Shown here piece after piece: positions 10,642-21,392 of a DNA stretch of 64,000 bases. The DNA lies in IMG/VR virus record IMGVR_UViG_3300025645_000060, positions 4,947 through 68,946 of that record; one strand, 5' to 3'. How positions within the stretch are numbered: the stretch's first letter is position 1; every line of letters begins with the position of its first letter. The stretch is from a virus. A program made the position numbers and the translations under genes. Under the pieces are notes generated by a model. That model was not told the origin of the DNA, made no database searches, and worked only from the letters and a program-made list of their open reading frames with translations.

Positions 10642-11955
10642 TTACGACCTTCCCCCTATATTTATTTCAGTAGTGAGTTCTGCTGTTATGTCATTAGGAT
10701 TGCTCATGTTAGCCACTTGTATCTTAACGTAATCATTTAGATCTAATACTACCCTAGCAGGAAAAGAATAAAACGCTACATCTCTACCTCCAGATAGATT
10801 ATTGACAACCTTCTGCACAGATTTATAATCTACAAAAGTACTAGCAGAATCATCCCATACTACTATCTTCACTCGTATATCGTCATTCGCTACACTATCA
10901 AAAGTTCCAGTAATAAATACGTTATAATCTCTTGGAGTGTCACCTAAATGTCTCAATTGTCCATTAGCAGGACTGTCGAAATGGGACAATGACGATGTAT
11001 CAAAAGTTCCAGCTAAATCAACAAAAGTTCCTTGTGTGCTTATTTCTGTAGCGACTTCTGACGAAACGGTAAGTGTTCCTCCGACAAACGTATTGTGTAT
11101 ACCAATATTATCTTTCCATATACTCTTTGGGTCAGTAGCATCAATATTAGGAGTTATATTGGTGTCAGTGGAATCTAAAACTCCGTTTCTTGTAATAATG
11201 CAACCTGTCAATTGCAATGTAGAGGTATTTATAATATTCGCTGGTGAAAAGTCGAAAAAAGACACACTAGCATTCAGATCTACATTTTGATTAGTTCTAA
11301 ATCTAGAAGCCATTGTAAATGTACCTCCAGCTTTATAAAGCGAATAATTACCATCGGATAACCCTCTGACTATACAAGTGTCTATGAAGTAACCACCGAC
11401 CCACTCACCGTCTAACGTGAGTTCTGGTGTCCCTCCAAACCTTCCAGTACCAGATTCTAACCCTTGTCTATAATTGAAGATAGTACCTAATGATGTACAG
11501 TTGTTCCAGTTTATTCTAGAGACTTCGATAGCACCAAATCCAGTATTACTAGATAAGTCATACACTTGAGATGATGCTCCAGACACATCTACATAAAAGT
11601 CACTTAGGAGTACATTTCCAGATCCTCCTACTGGCGAAGTGAACAAAGTATAGTTGTCTTCCGTAGACACTAAACCAGAAACATCGAAATTGTATCCACT
11701 GATATACAATCCTCCTACTGGCACTTCAATGGAAGTAGATCCCATGTCAATAACGCCATCCAAGAAGTATTCCTTAGTGCTGTCTATAGTTCCAAAATCG
11801 GAGGCTTGTTTAACTATTACTCTATTGTCCAAAACAATAGTCTCTTCTGGATTAGATTCCTCTCCAACAATTACATTTACGCAGCTTGTTATTTCAGAAA
11901 CTACAACCTCCATGTTTTGGCTTGTCTCTTCTATTATTATTATTAACTCACTCAT
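10642..11955 (-). CDS. putative tail/receptor-binding structural protein
   Basis: Beta-rich ORF in the tail module with a jelly-roll-like C-terminus. Confidence 0.55.
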   Translation of the reverse strand: MSELIIIIEETSQNMEVVVSEITSCVNVIVGEESNPEETIVLDNRVIVKQASDFGTIDSTKEYFLDGVIDMGSTSIEVPVGGLYISGYNFDVSGLVSTEDNYTLFTSPVGGSGNVLLSDFYVDVSGASSQVYDLSSNTGFGAIEVSRINWNNCTSLGTIFNYRQGLESGTGRFGGTPELTLDGEWVGGYFIDTCIVRGLSDGNYSLYKAGGTFTMASRFRTNQNVDLNASVSFFDFSPANIINTSTLQLTGCIITRNGVLDSTDTNITPNIDATDPKSIWKDNIGIHNTFVGGTLTVSSEVATEISTQGTFVDLAGTFDTSSLSHFDSPANGQLRHLGDTPRDYNVFITGTFDSVANDDIRVKIVVWDDSASTFVDYKSVQKVVNNLSGGRDVAFYSFPARVVLDLNDYVKIQVANMSNPNDITAELTTEINIGGRS

Positions 11956-12287
11956 ATGCTTACATCTTTTAGTACATTAATTTCTCCGTTCACTATAGTT
12001 GAAATAACGCCATTGGAATAGGTTATTTCTATATCGTAATCATAACAGCCTGCTACACTAAACACAAATGGCTCTAACGTAAAAACTCCAGTAGTGGGAT
12101 CGGACACTGCAATCCCACTGCCTATTGTCTTTGCAATCAGCAATTTGCCCCTCTTGAACGCTACTTTTATTGCAGCCCCTGTTAAGTCCACAGGAGCGTC
12201 TGGAGTAACTGTTTTTACAGTAAAGTCTGTACTTGGCATTGTGTCTCCTCTTGGAATGTCCTTGAAGTTATATTTTCCTATGCTCAT
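11952..12287 (-). CDS. BppU-N-like baseplate adaptor
   Basis: RGDT...PVDLTGA...YDYDIEITY...TIVNGEINV pattern. Confidence 0.6.
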   Translation of the reverse strand: MSIGKYNFKDIPRGDTMPSTDFTVKTVTPDAPVDLTGAAIKVAFKRGKLLIAKTIGSGIAVSDPTTGVFTLEPFVFSVAGCYDYDIEITYSNGVISTIVNGEINVLKDVSI

Positions 12288-12309
12288 CTTTTTATATTGT
12301 TTTGGTTAT

Positions 12310-12984
12310 CTAAAACTTTAAGTGTACCTGCTGAGTACTTGCTATTAAGAAATCTTTTATTGCTATCTCTAAGTCACTGCCATCCCCACCACCAAATGCA
12401 CTGATCCCAACATCTACATTAGCATATCCGTCAGTACTGTATAAGACAGGGCTATTTCTACTCATCGCACCTGTAACTCCACTACCAACAGCCACATTAG
12501 GAAGCAGTAAGTTCTCTACCGCAGAATTAAATCCTCTATCTCCAGCATAATCTAGTAATATATAGTAGTCATTATTTACGTCTAGCGCAGTAGATGACAT
12601 TTTTATTTGGACATCTATTAAATCAACACCAGAAGGTACTGTTACGGTTAGTTCTCCTGCGGCTGCATTCTCTACTATTGTTACTCCTGCTCCTGTAGCC
12701 CACACTTCAACAAAGGTAACTCCGTCCGATAAGGAGTATTGGAAGTTACTATTAGAGCCTACCGCAGTCCAATTGCTATTAGTTCCTATGTCTGACTCTG
12801 GACAAGTGTAAAGTGCATCATTAGTGTAGTCATATATAACCTTCAGTCTAGGCTGAGATGTGATTACTCCGTTTGGATTGCCGTCGCTGTAGTAAATTGA
12901 AACGCTCTGTCCATTTAAAGTTCCTAATATAGTTGGAATAAGTGCCATAATCAGTATTATATTTTTAATTGTTAAGTTTTCCAA
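12310..12984 (-). CDS. signal-peptide protein in the tail module
   Basis: IKNIILIMALIPTILGTLNG|Q; start codon uncertain. Confidence 0.6.
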   Translation of the reverse strand: MENLTIKNIILIMALIPTILGTLNGQSVSIYYSDGNPNGVITSQPRLKVIYDYTNDALYTCPESDIGTNSNWTAVGSNSNFQYSLSDGVTFVEVWATGAGVTIVENAAAGELTVTVPSGVDLIDVQIKMSSTALDVNNDYYILLDYAGDRGFNSAVENLLLPNVAVGSGVTGAMSRNSPVLYSTDGYANVDVGISAFGGGDGSDLEIAIKDFLIASTQQVHLKF

Positions 12985-12992
12985 GAAGTATA

Positions 12993-13766
12993 TTACGCCA
13001 ATATACCTAAATTTGCCGTTATAATTGAGAAGTCTTGCGAATCGCTTAATTCTAATACCATATGGAAGGTTTCTTCTAGGTCTACTTTCTGAACATAACT
13101 AAAGTCTATCGTCATTGGGTTATTTAAGTCAAAAAGCTTAGTTAGTGAGTTGCCATTACTCCCAATGATACTCAGTGTAGCAGAAGTAGGAAACTCCAGT
13201 GCATTTATTGTCACAGAGCCACTAATAGTGACGTACCCTGCAATCAATACTCTTGGCATATTCTCTGCATCAGCATTAGTCTGTACATAATCTACATTTA
13301 AAGGACTCCCTTCTGTAATGTTTAGTGGTATAGTCAGTAGAGATGTGTCAGTGTAACTTATTGACGCTCCAACTTCACCTAGTACCGCTAAATTGCAAGC
13401 CCCTGCGACTTTAGTTGATGGAGATGAATCATTAGTAAGTAATACTACTTTTAGCCATGTTCCGCTGGGATTGTATAGAAACCCAACTTCATCAACTGCT
13501 GTCACAACTCCCCCAAAATTAACCCAAGTTCCTGCCGTATTAAACCAATACTTCTGCCTATCTAGCGCACTAGGTGAATCAGATGCAGGGGTAGTTAGTA
13601 CACCACCGAAATCGTAAGTTCCTACTTGGTCTATAATCTCCTTTCTAAGCAACTGATCCTGCTCGGCAGTTATCTCGTTGTTGTTATTCGTCTTTATGGT
13701 GTTACCAACCGTACTTTTTAATGTTTCCCACATAGTTCTATATATTGTAATCTGCTGAATAATCAT
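12993..13766 (-). CDS. putative minor tail protein
   Basis: TIKTNNNNEITA N-terminal motif typical of Bacteroidota phage tail proteins; position in the module. Confidence 0.55.
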   Translation of the reverse strand: MIIQQITIYRTMWETLKSTVGNTIKTNNNNEITAEQDQLLRKEIIDQVGTYDFGGVLTTPASDSPSALDRQKYWFNTAGTWVNFGGVVTAVDEVGFLYNPSGTWLKVVLLTNDSSPSTKVAGACNLAVLGEVGASISYTDTSLLTIPLNITEGSPLNVDYVQTNADAENMPRVLIAGYVTISGSVTINALEFPTSATLSIIGSNGNSLTKLFDLNNPMTIDFSYVQKVDLEETFHMVLELSDSQDFSIITANLGILA

Positions 13767-15060
13767 CGCTATACTCCCCTCTGAGTGACGATTCCATTGT
13801 TTTATTAGTAGTACTGAATACTGTATCAGAATAATACTCTATTTCTACTTCAGTGTAATTTCTGTCATTCCACTCATTATTCATAGTCATCTTATCTATG
13901 TATATCAGATCGCCATCTTGAGTAAGAACCTCTATGTTGTGGTGTATAGGTATCAGTCTGAATGCCTTAAATTCCTCCTTTCTAAGTACAGTAAAGTGTC
14001 TATGGAAGATTTCTGAGTCCACCCTCTGAACATACTTATACCCATCATTTCGTTTCTCTCTAAATACATACTCTACCTCTTCCCCTCCTACATCATTATT
14101 GATATACCACCAATACTTAAAGCCATCAGCGAAATCTATATGTCTAGGGTTTCTTCTGTCATTGTATGCTATCGGCTCATTGTGCCAATATGTTATCTTC
14201 ACGAAGTTATCTAGGTAGCCTTTTACGCTAAACCATTCACTGTTCCACGATTGGGAATCCCATACAATCTCTAATCTGTATGTTCCATCCGCAATACTTA
14301 ATACGTCCAATCCATCATATTTCAAACTATTGTATCGTCTCCCATCAAAAGCACCGTATAACTTAACTGCTCCATGAGATTGGTCTGTTGCAGCATCTTC
14401 CCAAGTATATACATCTGCGCCTTGGATAACTGTCTTTACATATCGTACTTCATCACCTATACCATTATCTTGTTCATAAAGAGCCTTACTGCTCCCTACT
14501 AAACTAAAAAAACCATTAATACTACTTATTCTTAGAAACTTATTTGTAGCAGAATTGTATGCAGTAGGAAGTTCAAATACCACTTTAGTTGGACTACTGC
14601 TTGATATTATAACTGACTTAGTGACAGTTCTTTGTACAGTACCTACTTTAGCATCCCATATCTCTAACGTAAATGTACTCGGAGTGTAACCAACCACACC
14701 TTGAATCAACAACTCTACATGACTGATTGTATTTGCTTCAGTTCCTATACTGAATCCGTACCCATAAGTATCTCCTAAAACTGAATGCGTGTAATCTGTA
14801 ACTTCTGACCCAGAATACTTGTCAAGAAATTCAACATCTCGCACAGACAGAATAGAAGAAACATCAGTACTAACATCTGCACTATCAATAAGTGTTGCTA
14901 TTGGCGATACTGCTCCGCTACCTACTGAATCTACATTGCAGTTCAATTGAAATGGAAATAGCTTATCACTAACTATCGGCAATAACTTTACTCCTGTCGG
15001 AATACAACCTATCCCATCTGTATTATCCTCTTGAAAAACTATTGGATTAATATTCGTCAT
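13738..15060 (-). CDS. putative tail tip protein
   Basis: Position; C-terminal EYSDDYSADY motif. Confidence 0.55.
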   Translation of the reverse strand: MTNINPIVFQEDNTDGIGCIPTGVKLLPIVSDKLFPFQLNCNVDSVGSGAVSPIATLIDSADVSTDVSSILSVRDVEFLDKYSGSEVTDYTHSVLGDTYGYGFSIGTEANTISHVELLIQGVVGYTPSTFTLEIWDAKVGTVQRTVTKSVIISSSSPTKVVFELPTAYNSATNKFLRISSINGFFSLVGSSKALYEQDNGIGDEVRYVKTVIQGADVYTWEDAATDQSHGAVKLYGAFDGRRYNSLKYDGLDVLSIADGTYRLEIVWDSQSWNSEWFSVKGYLDNFVKITYWHNEPIAYNDRRNPRHIDFADGFKYWWYINNDVGGEEVEYVFREKRNDGYKYVQRVDSEIFHRHFTVLRKEEFKAFRLIPIHHNIEVLTQDGDLIYIDKMTMNNEWNDRNYTEVEIEYYSDTVFSTTNKTMESSLRGEYSDDYSADYNI

Positions 15061-17116
15061 GTCTCAGTTTTATTACAACAACCCCATCATTGTCGATAGT
15101 TACAGAATCTATTTTACCGTTACCCTCTCTAGTACGTATCAGCCCTTGAACGTCACTTATTGGTACACTGTGCGTTATCGTCTCTTCTTTCAGTCTAGCC
15201 CTGCTCTTAGCAGCCCCATAGTTCGTCGTAGAGCCACCTTCTCCATATAAGTGGTACTTTCCTATAGCTTTCGTCATTGCAAGTCCACCATTGATCAATC
15301 TGTCATCAAAGATAATATTGTCGTTTTGATCTACCTCTATCACTAACACCCCATCATTCGACACATCTTGTAACAATATAGTGATTAAATCTATATTCAT
15401 CTTCCCTACTGCCTTATCGTCATTTCCATCTTCTATGTATGGACTATCAGTAATAACAGTAGCTTCGTACAATTCGTTATGTTTATTCTGGAATTTCCAT
15501 ATTTTATTCTTCTTGCTCTCTTCCTTGACAAATGTAAATTCGTCTCCATATATACTTCTGCCGTTCCAAGAGTTGGTTTCGCTTACAAGATCAGTTGTTA
15601 CCTTATCTCCCATATAGCTACCGCCATTGTCAAAAAATGAATAATGTTCAACCCTCAATTCTCCGCCATAAATATCCCAGTAGCAGTTATACACTCGCTC
15701 TAAAAATAGGAGCATATCAGCAATGGTTAATATCTGCTTGGTTGCTGGCTCATCGTAGTTCTTTACTTTTATATTTGATAATGGAGTTAAGTATAATTTT
15801 CTATTATCTTTAAGTGGAGTTAATCCGTTTAGAAAACTTGAATTTACTGTCAGCCCTGTCATATCTGATAATACATCCTCGAAGTCATAAAACAATGCTG
15901 TTTGCTCACCTTGTGCCAAAAGCAATATATCCTTTACTTCATCCTTTAAATTAAAGAAAAGACCTCCGTATTTCCAATAATTATCCATTATAGGTAGTAA
16001 CCCATTTACCCCTATTGGTCTATCAAAGTACTTACCTGCGTAGAGTGGGCTTTGGTCACTGCACAGTCCAAACTCCCCTCTATCATCATCAAAGTCATCT
16101 GAGAAAAACCATATATCGTTAGGAATACTAGAAATGTCAAACCCAAGATTCTGTTTTAATAAATCCCGCTGTTGGTCGTTACTATGTATTAAAGCGTGTG
16201 TGTATGCACTATTCGGCAATGTATCGTCACCATTTAACTCGATAGTACTCCATCCAGGAACTTGCTCTTTTGTTGTAATTATCCTAAACTTAGGATTTAC
16301 ATAAGAATAAATTAGTAACTTATCCGTACTATCGTCTACATTAGACATAACTACAGCATCCCCATATGCCGTACTTTGACTAAACAGTGGGTTATTGTCA
16401 AATGATAAGTCACTCTTATAAAGAGTGGTTACAGTTACAAACTGTATATAGTATTTTCCAGTTTCTTCTTCCCAAACAAGAGTATATGAGGATGGTAACC
16501 CTCCCTCATTTTGTAGTCTTGCCTTAGGATTAGTGCCACCGAAAGATTCTATTGGTATATATATGCCCCCAACAGGATGTAATGGTACAGGATCATCTAG
16601 CTGTTGAACAATGAAACATTTATTCCCAAACAATGAACCTTCTAAGAGTTCGTACCATCCATTTCCTTCCAATGCGCTACTTGAGTCAGACTGAAAAACC
16701 ACTTCATTAGTAATTGAAGATATTATACCGTTACCCCAATAAAACTGCACTATAGGTGCATATGGAATGTTTAGTTCTCTCTTTATATACTTGTTGTCGG
16801 CTATGTTAACCTCTGTATTCAGTTTCCCTTTTACATCAGCGTAGTCTCCAATAACAGTAACCTTTGCCGTTACTACTCTGTCACCTCTTCTTATTACGCA
16901 GTCATTCTTATAGAACTTGTATCTAGTTGTTCCATCCCACAGAATAAACTCAGTCTCATAATCTGCATTAATAATCAAGTCAGCATCACCATTAGAGAAC
17001 TCAACACTATCCAATGTAGTCTCATAGTTAAATGACACATCCTTCTTTATAGTCTTAGTGCCATAAAGAGGGTGCGTTTCATATGTAATGTCATTAAACT
17101 TTAACTGACTAGCCAT
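15047..17116 (-). CDS. putative distal tail/hub protein
   Basis: Directly downstream of the tape measure gene. Confidence 0.55.
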   Translation of the reverse strand: MASQLKFNDITYETHPLYGTKTIKKDVSFNYETTLDSVEFSNGDADLIINADYETEFILWDGTTRYKFYKNDCVIRRGDRVVTAKVTVIGDYADVKGKLNTEVNIADNKYIKRELNIPYAPIVQFYWGNGIISSITNEVVFQSDSSSALEGNGWYELLEGSLFGNKCFIVQQLDDPVPLHPVGGIYIPIESFGGTNPKARLQNEGGLPSSYTLVWEEETGKYYIQFVTVTTLYKSDLSFDNNPLFSQSTAYGDAVVMSNVDDSTDKLLIYSYVNPKFRIITTKEQVPGWSTIELNGDDTLPNSAYTHALIHSNDQQRDLLKQNLGFDISSIPNDIWFFSDDFDDDRGEFGLCSDQSPLYAGKYFDRPIGVNGLLPIMDNYWKYGGLFFNLKDEVKDILLLAQGEQTALFYDFEDVLSDMTGLTVNSSFLNGLTPLKDNRKLYLTPLSNIKVKNYDEPATKQILTIADMLLFLERVYNCYWDIYGGELRVEHYSFFDNGGSYMGDKVTTDLVSETNSWNGRSIYGDEFTFVKEESKKNKIWKFQNKHNELYEATVITDSPYIEDGNDDKAVGKMNIDLITILLQDVSNDGVLVIEVDQNDNIIFDDRLINGGLAMTKAIGKYHLYGEGGSTTNYGAAKSRARLKEETITHSVPISDVQGLIRTREGNGKIDSVTIDNDGVVVIKLRHDEY

Positions 17117-20100
17117 GTATGTATGTTTTAGTGTTTCCGTTTGTAACTATTTCTACTCCATTAGAGTATATAACATTCTTGCCTTTTCTACCTCTGCGAT
17201 CCCTAGACTTAAAGTAATCTAAAAGACCATCATTGTTTACCTCAGTAGTGTTAGTCCAATAGTTAACGTCATTCTCTCTGCTCATGTCCATGTCCATAGG
17301 ATCATAAGTTCCAGATTTCAGTTGCTTAAATAAACTAGGCATTACGTTCTTGTATTTCTTTGTAGCAGACTTAGGTAATATCATCATACTCTCACCTCTC
17401 TCTACTCTTCTCTGTCTACCATCTTTAGTCATTCCTAGAGACATATCATTGCCACTCTTGTGAGAACCACCATAATCAAACTCTTCATACGCACCACCAG
17501 CATACTCTTTAGTTAAGTTGTTCGCTCTGATCTTAGCCGCAGCATACGCACCAAACATCAACCCTACAAGTGGAATAGATATAAATGGATTACCTACTTG
17601 ACTGAATATCTTACTTGCTGCTGTAGCTAAATTGACTGTCTGCTCAATACTCTGAATAGTCTGTTGTTCTTTCTGTGCCGCTTTCTGTTCTTTAAGTGCT
17701 TGCGCTTGTATCTTCTTCTTTGCAGCAAGTTCAGCCTCCGCAGTAGTTACTGAATTGGCAAATCCTGCATTCCTAGCAGCTATCTCTCTATTCAATGCTT
17801 GCTCCGCACTAGCAACCTCTCTGTTGGCTGCCGACACATTCTGATCCGCAACTTGCTTTCTGAAATTGGCAAAGTCTGTCAACTGCTTCTTAGCATAAGC
17901 AAATGCATCACCTACAGCTTGCTTGCTCTTATCGTCTACATCGATTCCTAATAGGTCGTATAAGTCCTTATCTTCTTTCGCCTCTCCTTTTTTCAGTATA
18001 TTCTCTCTCTCCTTGTCTATTTTTGCCAAATTAGCTTTAAATAGTTCAGCATCTGAAGCAGTAAGGTCTTTACTAACGAATGTCCTTTGGAACAAATCAA
18101 ACTCCAGCCTTTTCTTTTCTAGGTCATTATCAGACAAAGCAGTTTCAAATGGCGTAGGGGTTTTTGCTGATTTAGCAAAATTATTCGCCCTTTCAGCTTG
18201 TTGTTTTTTGTCAAATTCAGCTAAATTACTCTCGTAAAGTTTCCTTCTATCTTGTTCCGCTTTCTTAATCCTAGCTAAATTCTCTTTCTCTAGCCTATCC
18301 TCTATTTTCTTTAACCCTCTTGCGTAGAAAGCTAAAATTAACAACTTGTTATCAATGTGCCTTCCAAATACTTCTGTATCTAAATCTAGTTGCTCTCGCT
18401 CTCTTTCTGTACGATCCTCTATAAAGTCAATATTTAGTTGTCTTTGTTTATCTAACTTACCTTGAGCCTTCTTGTCGTACTTCTCTTCGATCTTCTGTAT
18501 CTCACGTTGATACTTCTCTTCTATACCTACCGTACTAACTTTCAACTGCTCAAACTCTCTAATTAGCTTGTCGTTCTTTATTTCTAATAATGCCAACTCA
18601 CGAGTTTCATCATCCTCTATTAATTGCGCTCTCAGTGTTCTACGCTTAAATTCATCTGAAATGGCTTTATCGGCAGCAGCTTTTCTTGCTCTGTCAGCAG
18701 CAATTTCTTCTTTAGAAAGTACTTTTGGCTTATCTTTCCCTCTACCTCCAATGCCCAATCCTAATCTTGCAAGAATCTTATCCCTAGCACTATCGCCTCT
18801 GTCTCCAAAAACCCTGTCAACTTGCGGATCGTCTCTGTACAGTTCGTATAACTCCTTAGTTTTAGTTAGTAATTCATCTTCTTTAGCAAGTTGCTTATCC
18901 AATAATTCGTTATACCTTTTAGCGAAAAGTTCTCTAGTTGTTAAGCCTTCCTCATCTACTGTTCTTGGAGTTCTGCCATTTACTACTCCTGCTCTCTCTA
19001 AAGCACTCAGCCCTTCTGCACCCTCAACTTGAAATCTTACTTGCTTATCTATTATCTTATCCCTCCTTGCTTGAATCTTATCTACCTCTTCTTGCTGTAG
19101 CCTTGCAGCTATGTTTCTTCGAATTGCAGCATTGACATTTTCTTGAGCATTTTCTAAATCTTCTAATCCACTTTTCTCCAAGTCTATATTTTTCAATATA
19201 TCTGGATGCATACGGAGCAACTCTAAGTAAATCTCTTGCCTACGTTCGAGAGGTATATTAAAATCTTTCAGTGCATCAAATAACTGACCTGTCTTTTTCT
19301 TTTCCACTCCCAACTCTATATTCAAATCCTTAACAGATTCTGATAGTTTGTCGTGTACATTTATGGATTCAACCATTGACTCATTCAATGCGTAGACCCC
19401 AATAGCAACAGCGGTTATTACTGTAAGAGCCACACCGAATGGATTTAAAGACATTGCTATACGTAACTCAGTTAAAGACAAAGCCATCGCATTTTGCGCT
19501 CTAGTTGTCGCAATAACACCTAGCTTATATGCCAATAACGCTGGAAGTGCGATCGCAAGTCCTTTTCCTAGCAGCACCAGCGCACCAATATTATCTTTAA
19601 TGGCTTTTGCTCCTGCTGTAAGAGCATCGAAGAAATCCTTAAATACACCTGCTCCATCTAACTCTTTGACCAAGTTTACTATTGCAGTCTCAAACCTTCC
19701 TTGCGCTGCGACAAGATTGTCTACCTTATTTACATTCTCTATTCCATATGTTTTCTCTAACTCTCTAGCAAACTTAGGTAGTGCATCAGAAGCAAGAACC
19801 TCTCCCTTCTTTATCATATCTGCCAACTCCTTAGTTGTAACATTTAAAGCCCTCGCCATGATCTCTACTGAACCTGGTAAACTATCACCTAATTGCTGCC
19901 TAAGTTCCTCTGCTGATACTGTACCCTTTGACATAATCTGCTCGAGCGCATTGAATACCCTATCTGTCTTTGCTGCTTCTAATCCGAGTACAGCCGCAGA
20001 CTTAGCTACAGAGTCAAATATCTGCTGTTGATCTTCCATTGAAAGAGTACTAGATTTAGACGCTGCATTAAACCTCAAGTAAGCCTTACTAAGTACCAGT

Positions 20101-21080
20101 ATGTTTTGACCGTATTTCTCAGCTGTCTCTGCTAAAAACTGCTGCACTTGTGCATTCTCTTGTAGGTTTGGGATAGTCTTTTCAAATGCAAGATTCAGTG
20201 AATCTAACTTCTTAGTATCTGTAAATACCTTTCTGAACAATTCAGCAGCTTGAGTAACTGAAAAGTACACCGCAATTAAATTCCTTAAACTAGCCCCTAC
20301 ACTACGAAGTGACCCAGAATAATTACCTACGGATAAAGTATTTTTGCCAGTCGCCTCTTGCAATCTCTTCATTTGCTCTCTGATCCTAATTGCTTGAGCC
20401 TCCATGTCTCTGCCACTTGCCGTATTCTTGCGCCTAGCTGTACCCATTGCGTTCAGCTTAATTTTTAATAGGTCATACTGAGCCGCTAGTTGATTGTATG
20501 ACCCTACCTCCGCATTATTAATCGTTACTTGTAGTCTAGCTAGGTTAGCTGCCTTCTTCTTTTCTTTATTAGTTAGGTCTATCTCGGCTTTCAGTTTAGC
20601 CATTGTCTTAATCAGCTTCTTCCCAGCCTCACCTGTTGCGTTATTTGCTCGAACTAACTTATCGAAATCGTCCGAAGCTGTTTTAAGCGACTTCTTTAAT
20701 GCTGATATTGAACTTTCGTGAGCTTCGTTAGCCTTCGCTGCCTCTCTAGCTTCTTTTGCCGCTTTAGCAGTTGCCGCAGCAGCCGCCTTCTGTGCCTTAG
20801 TGTAATCGTCTATTGACTTGTCGATGCCCTTTATCTTAGACTCCATCAACTCGTACTGCTTCGTTAATTCAGCAACCTTTGTTAGTAGCTTACCGAACTC
20901 TTCCTTCTGAACACCTAGAACTACATTTGTTTTAGAGAAAGATGATTGGAGATCGCCTGCTTTAGCTACTATATCCTTTTTCACTTCTACATAGGTTTCT
21001 TTTAGGGCTTTCAATTGTTTTATAGCATCATCTATTTCTTGCCCACCTCCATATAAATCTTTTGCCGTTATCTTACTCAT
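17109..21080 (-). CDS. tail tape measure protein
   Basis: 1323 aa, helical; ALEQIMSKGTVSAEELRQQLGDSLPG tape-measure motif. Confidence 0.9.
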   Translation of the reverse strand: MSKITAKDLYGGGQEIDDAIKQLKALKETYVEVKKDIVAKAGDLQSSFSKTNVVLGVQKEEFGKLLTKVAELTKQYELMESKIKGIDKSIDDYTKAQKAAAAATAKAAKEAREAAKANEAHESSISALKKSLKTASDDFDKLVRANNATGEAGKKLIKTMAKLKAEIDLTNKEKKKAANLARLQVTINNAEVGSYNQLAAQYDLLKIKLNAMGTARRKNTASGRDMEAQAIRIREQMKRLQEATGKNTLSVGNYSGSLRSVGASLRNLIAVYFSVTQAAELFRKVFTDTKKLDSLNLAFEKTIPNLQENAQVQQFLAETAEKYGQNILVLSKAYLRFNAASKSSTLSMEDQQQIFDSVAKSAAVLGLEAAKTDRVFNALEQIMSKGTVSAEELRQQLGDSLPGSVEIMARALNVTTKELADMIKKGEVLASDALPKFARELEKTYGIENVNKVDNLVAAQGRFETAIVNLVKELDGAGVFKDFFDALTAGAKAIKDNIGALVLLGKGLAIALPALLAYKLGVIATTRAQNAMALSLTELRIAMSLNPFGVALTVITAVAIGVYALNESMVESINVHDKLSESVKDLNIELGVEKKKTGQLFDALKDFNIPLERRQEIYLELLRMHPDILKNIDLEKSGLEDLENAQENVNAAIRRNIAARLQQEEVDKIQARRDKIIDKQVRFQVEGAEGLSALERAGVVNGRTPRTVDEEGLTTRELFAKRYNELLDKQLAKEDELLTKTKELYELYRDDPQVDRVFGDRGDSARDKILARLGLGIGGRGKDKPKVLSKEEIAADRARKAAADKAISDEFKRRTLRAQLIEDDETRELALLEIKNDKLIREFEQLKVSTVGIEEKYQREIQKIEEKYDKKAQGKLDKQRQLNIDFIEDRTEREREQLDLDTEVFGRHIDNKLLILAFYARGLKKIEDRLEKENLARIKKAEQDRRKLYESNLAEFDKKQQAERANNFAKSAKTPTPFETALSDNDLEKKRLEFDLFQRTFVSKDLTASDAELFKANLAKIDKERENILKKGEAKEDKDLYDLLGIDVDDKSKQAVGDAFAYAKKQLTDFANFRKQVADQNVSAANREVASAEQALNREIAARNAGFANSVTTAEAELAAKKKIQAQALKEQKAAQKEQQTIQSIEQTVNLATAASKIFSQVGNPFISIPLVGLMFGAYAAAKIRANNLTKEYAGGAYEEFDYGGSHKSGNDMSLGMTKDGRQRRVERGESMMILPKSATKKYKNVMPSLFKQLKSGTYDPMDMDMSRENDVNYWTNTTEVNNDGLLDYFKSRDRRGRKGKNVIYSNGVEIVTNGNTKTYIHG

Positions 21081-21081
21081 A

Positions 21082-21366
21082 CTATTTCTTTTTTGGTGGA
21101 GCGTTCTGTTTCTTAATGTTCTCCAATGTTCTATAAAAAGTAAGTGTTGTTACGAGTCTTGGATCACGAGGCATCTCTTTACCTATAATGAAACACATAT
21201 CCTCGAACGCATTAACCGCCTTAACCTCTAGTCCATTAGATCCAGAGTATTTCTTAGGCTTAAAAAGCATAAATAAGTAATCCTCAACTCTCTCTATCTC
21301 TTCATCCACAGAACTACCCTGTATCTTATCCAACTGAAGCATAGCCCTTTTCTTCAAGTTACTCAA
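21082..21366 (-). CDS. tail assembly chaperone, frameshift extension (GT-like)
   Basis: The -1 frame is open from the A10 run at 21428-21437 into this ORF. Confidence 0.7.
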   Translation of the reverse strand: MSNLKKRAMLQLDKIQGSSVDEEIERVEDYLFMLFKPKKYSGSNGLEVKAVNAFEDMCFIIGKEMPRDPRLVTTLTFYRTLENIKKQNAPPKKK

Positions 21367-21392
21367 GTATTCTAAGTTCTTAGTACTAGACC

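Noticed and set aside
4709-20721. Plus-strand ORFs antisense to structural genes
   Set aside because: Shadow ORFs of long minus-strand genes with no recognisable motifs.
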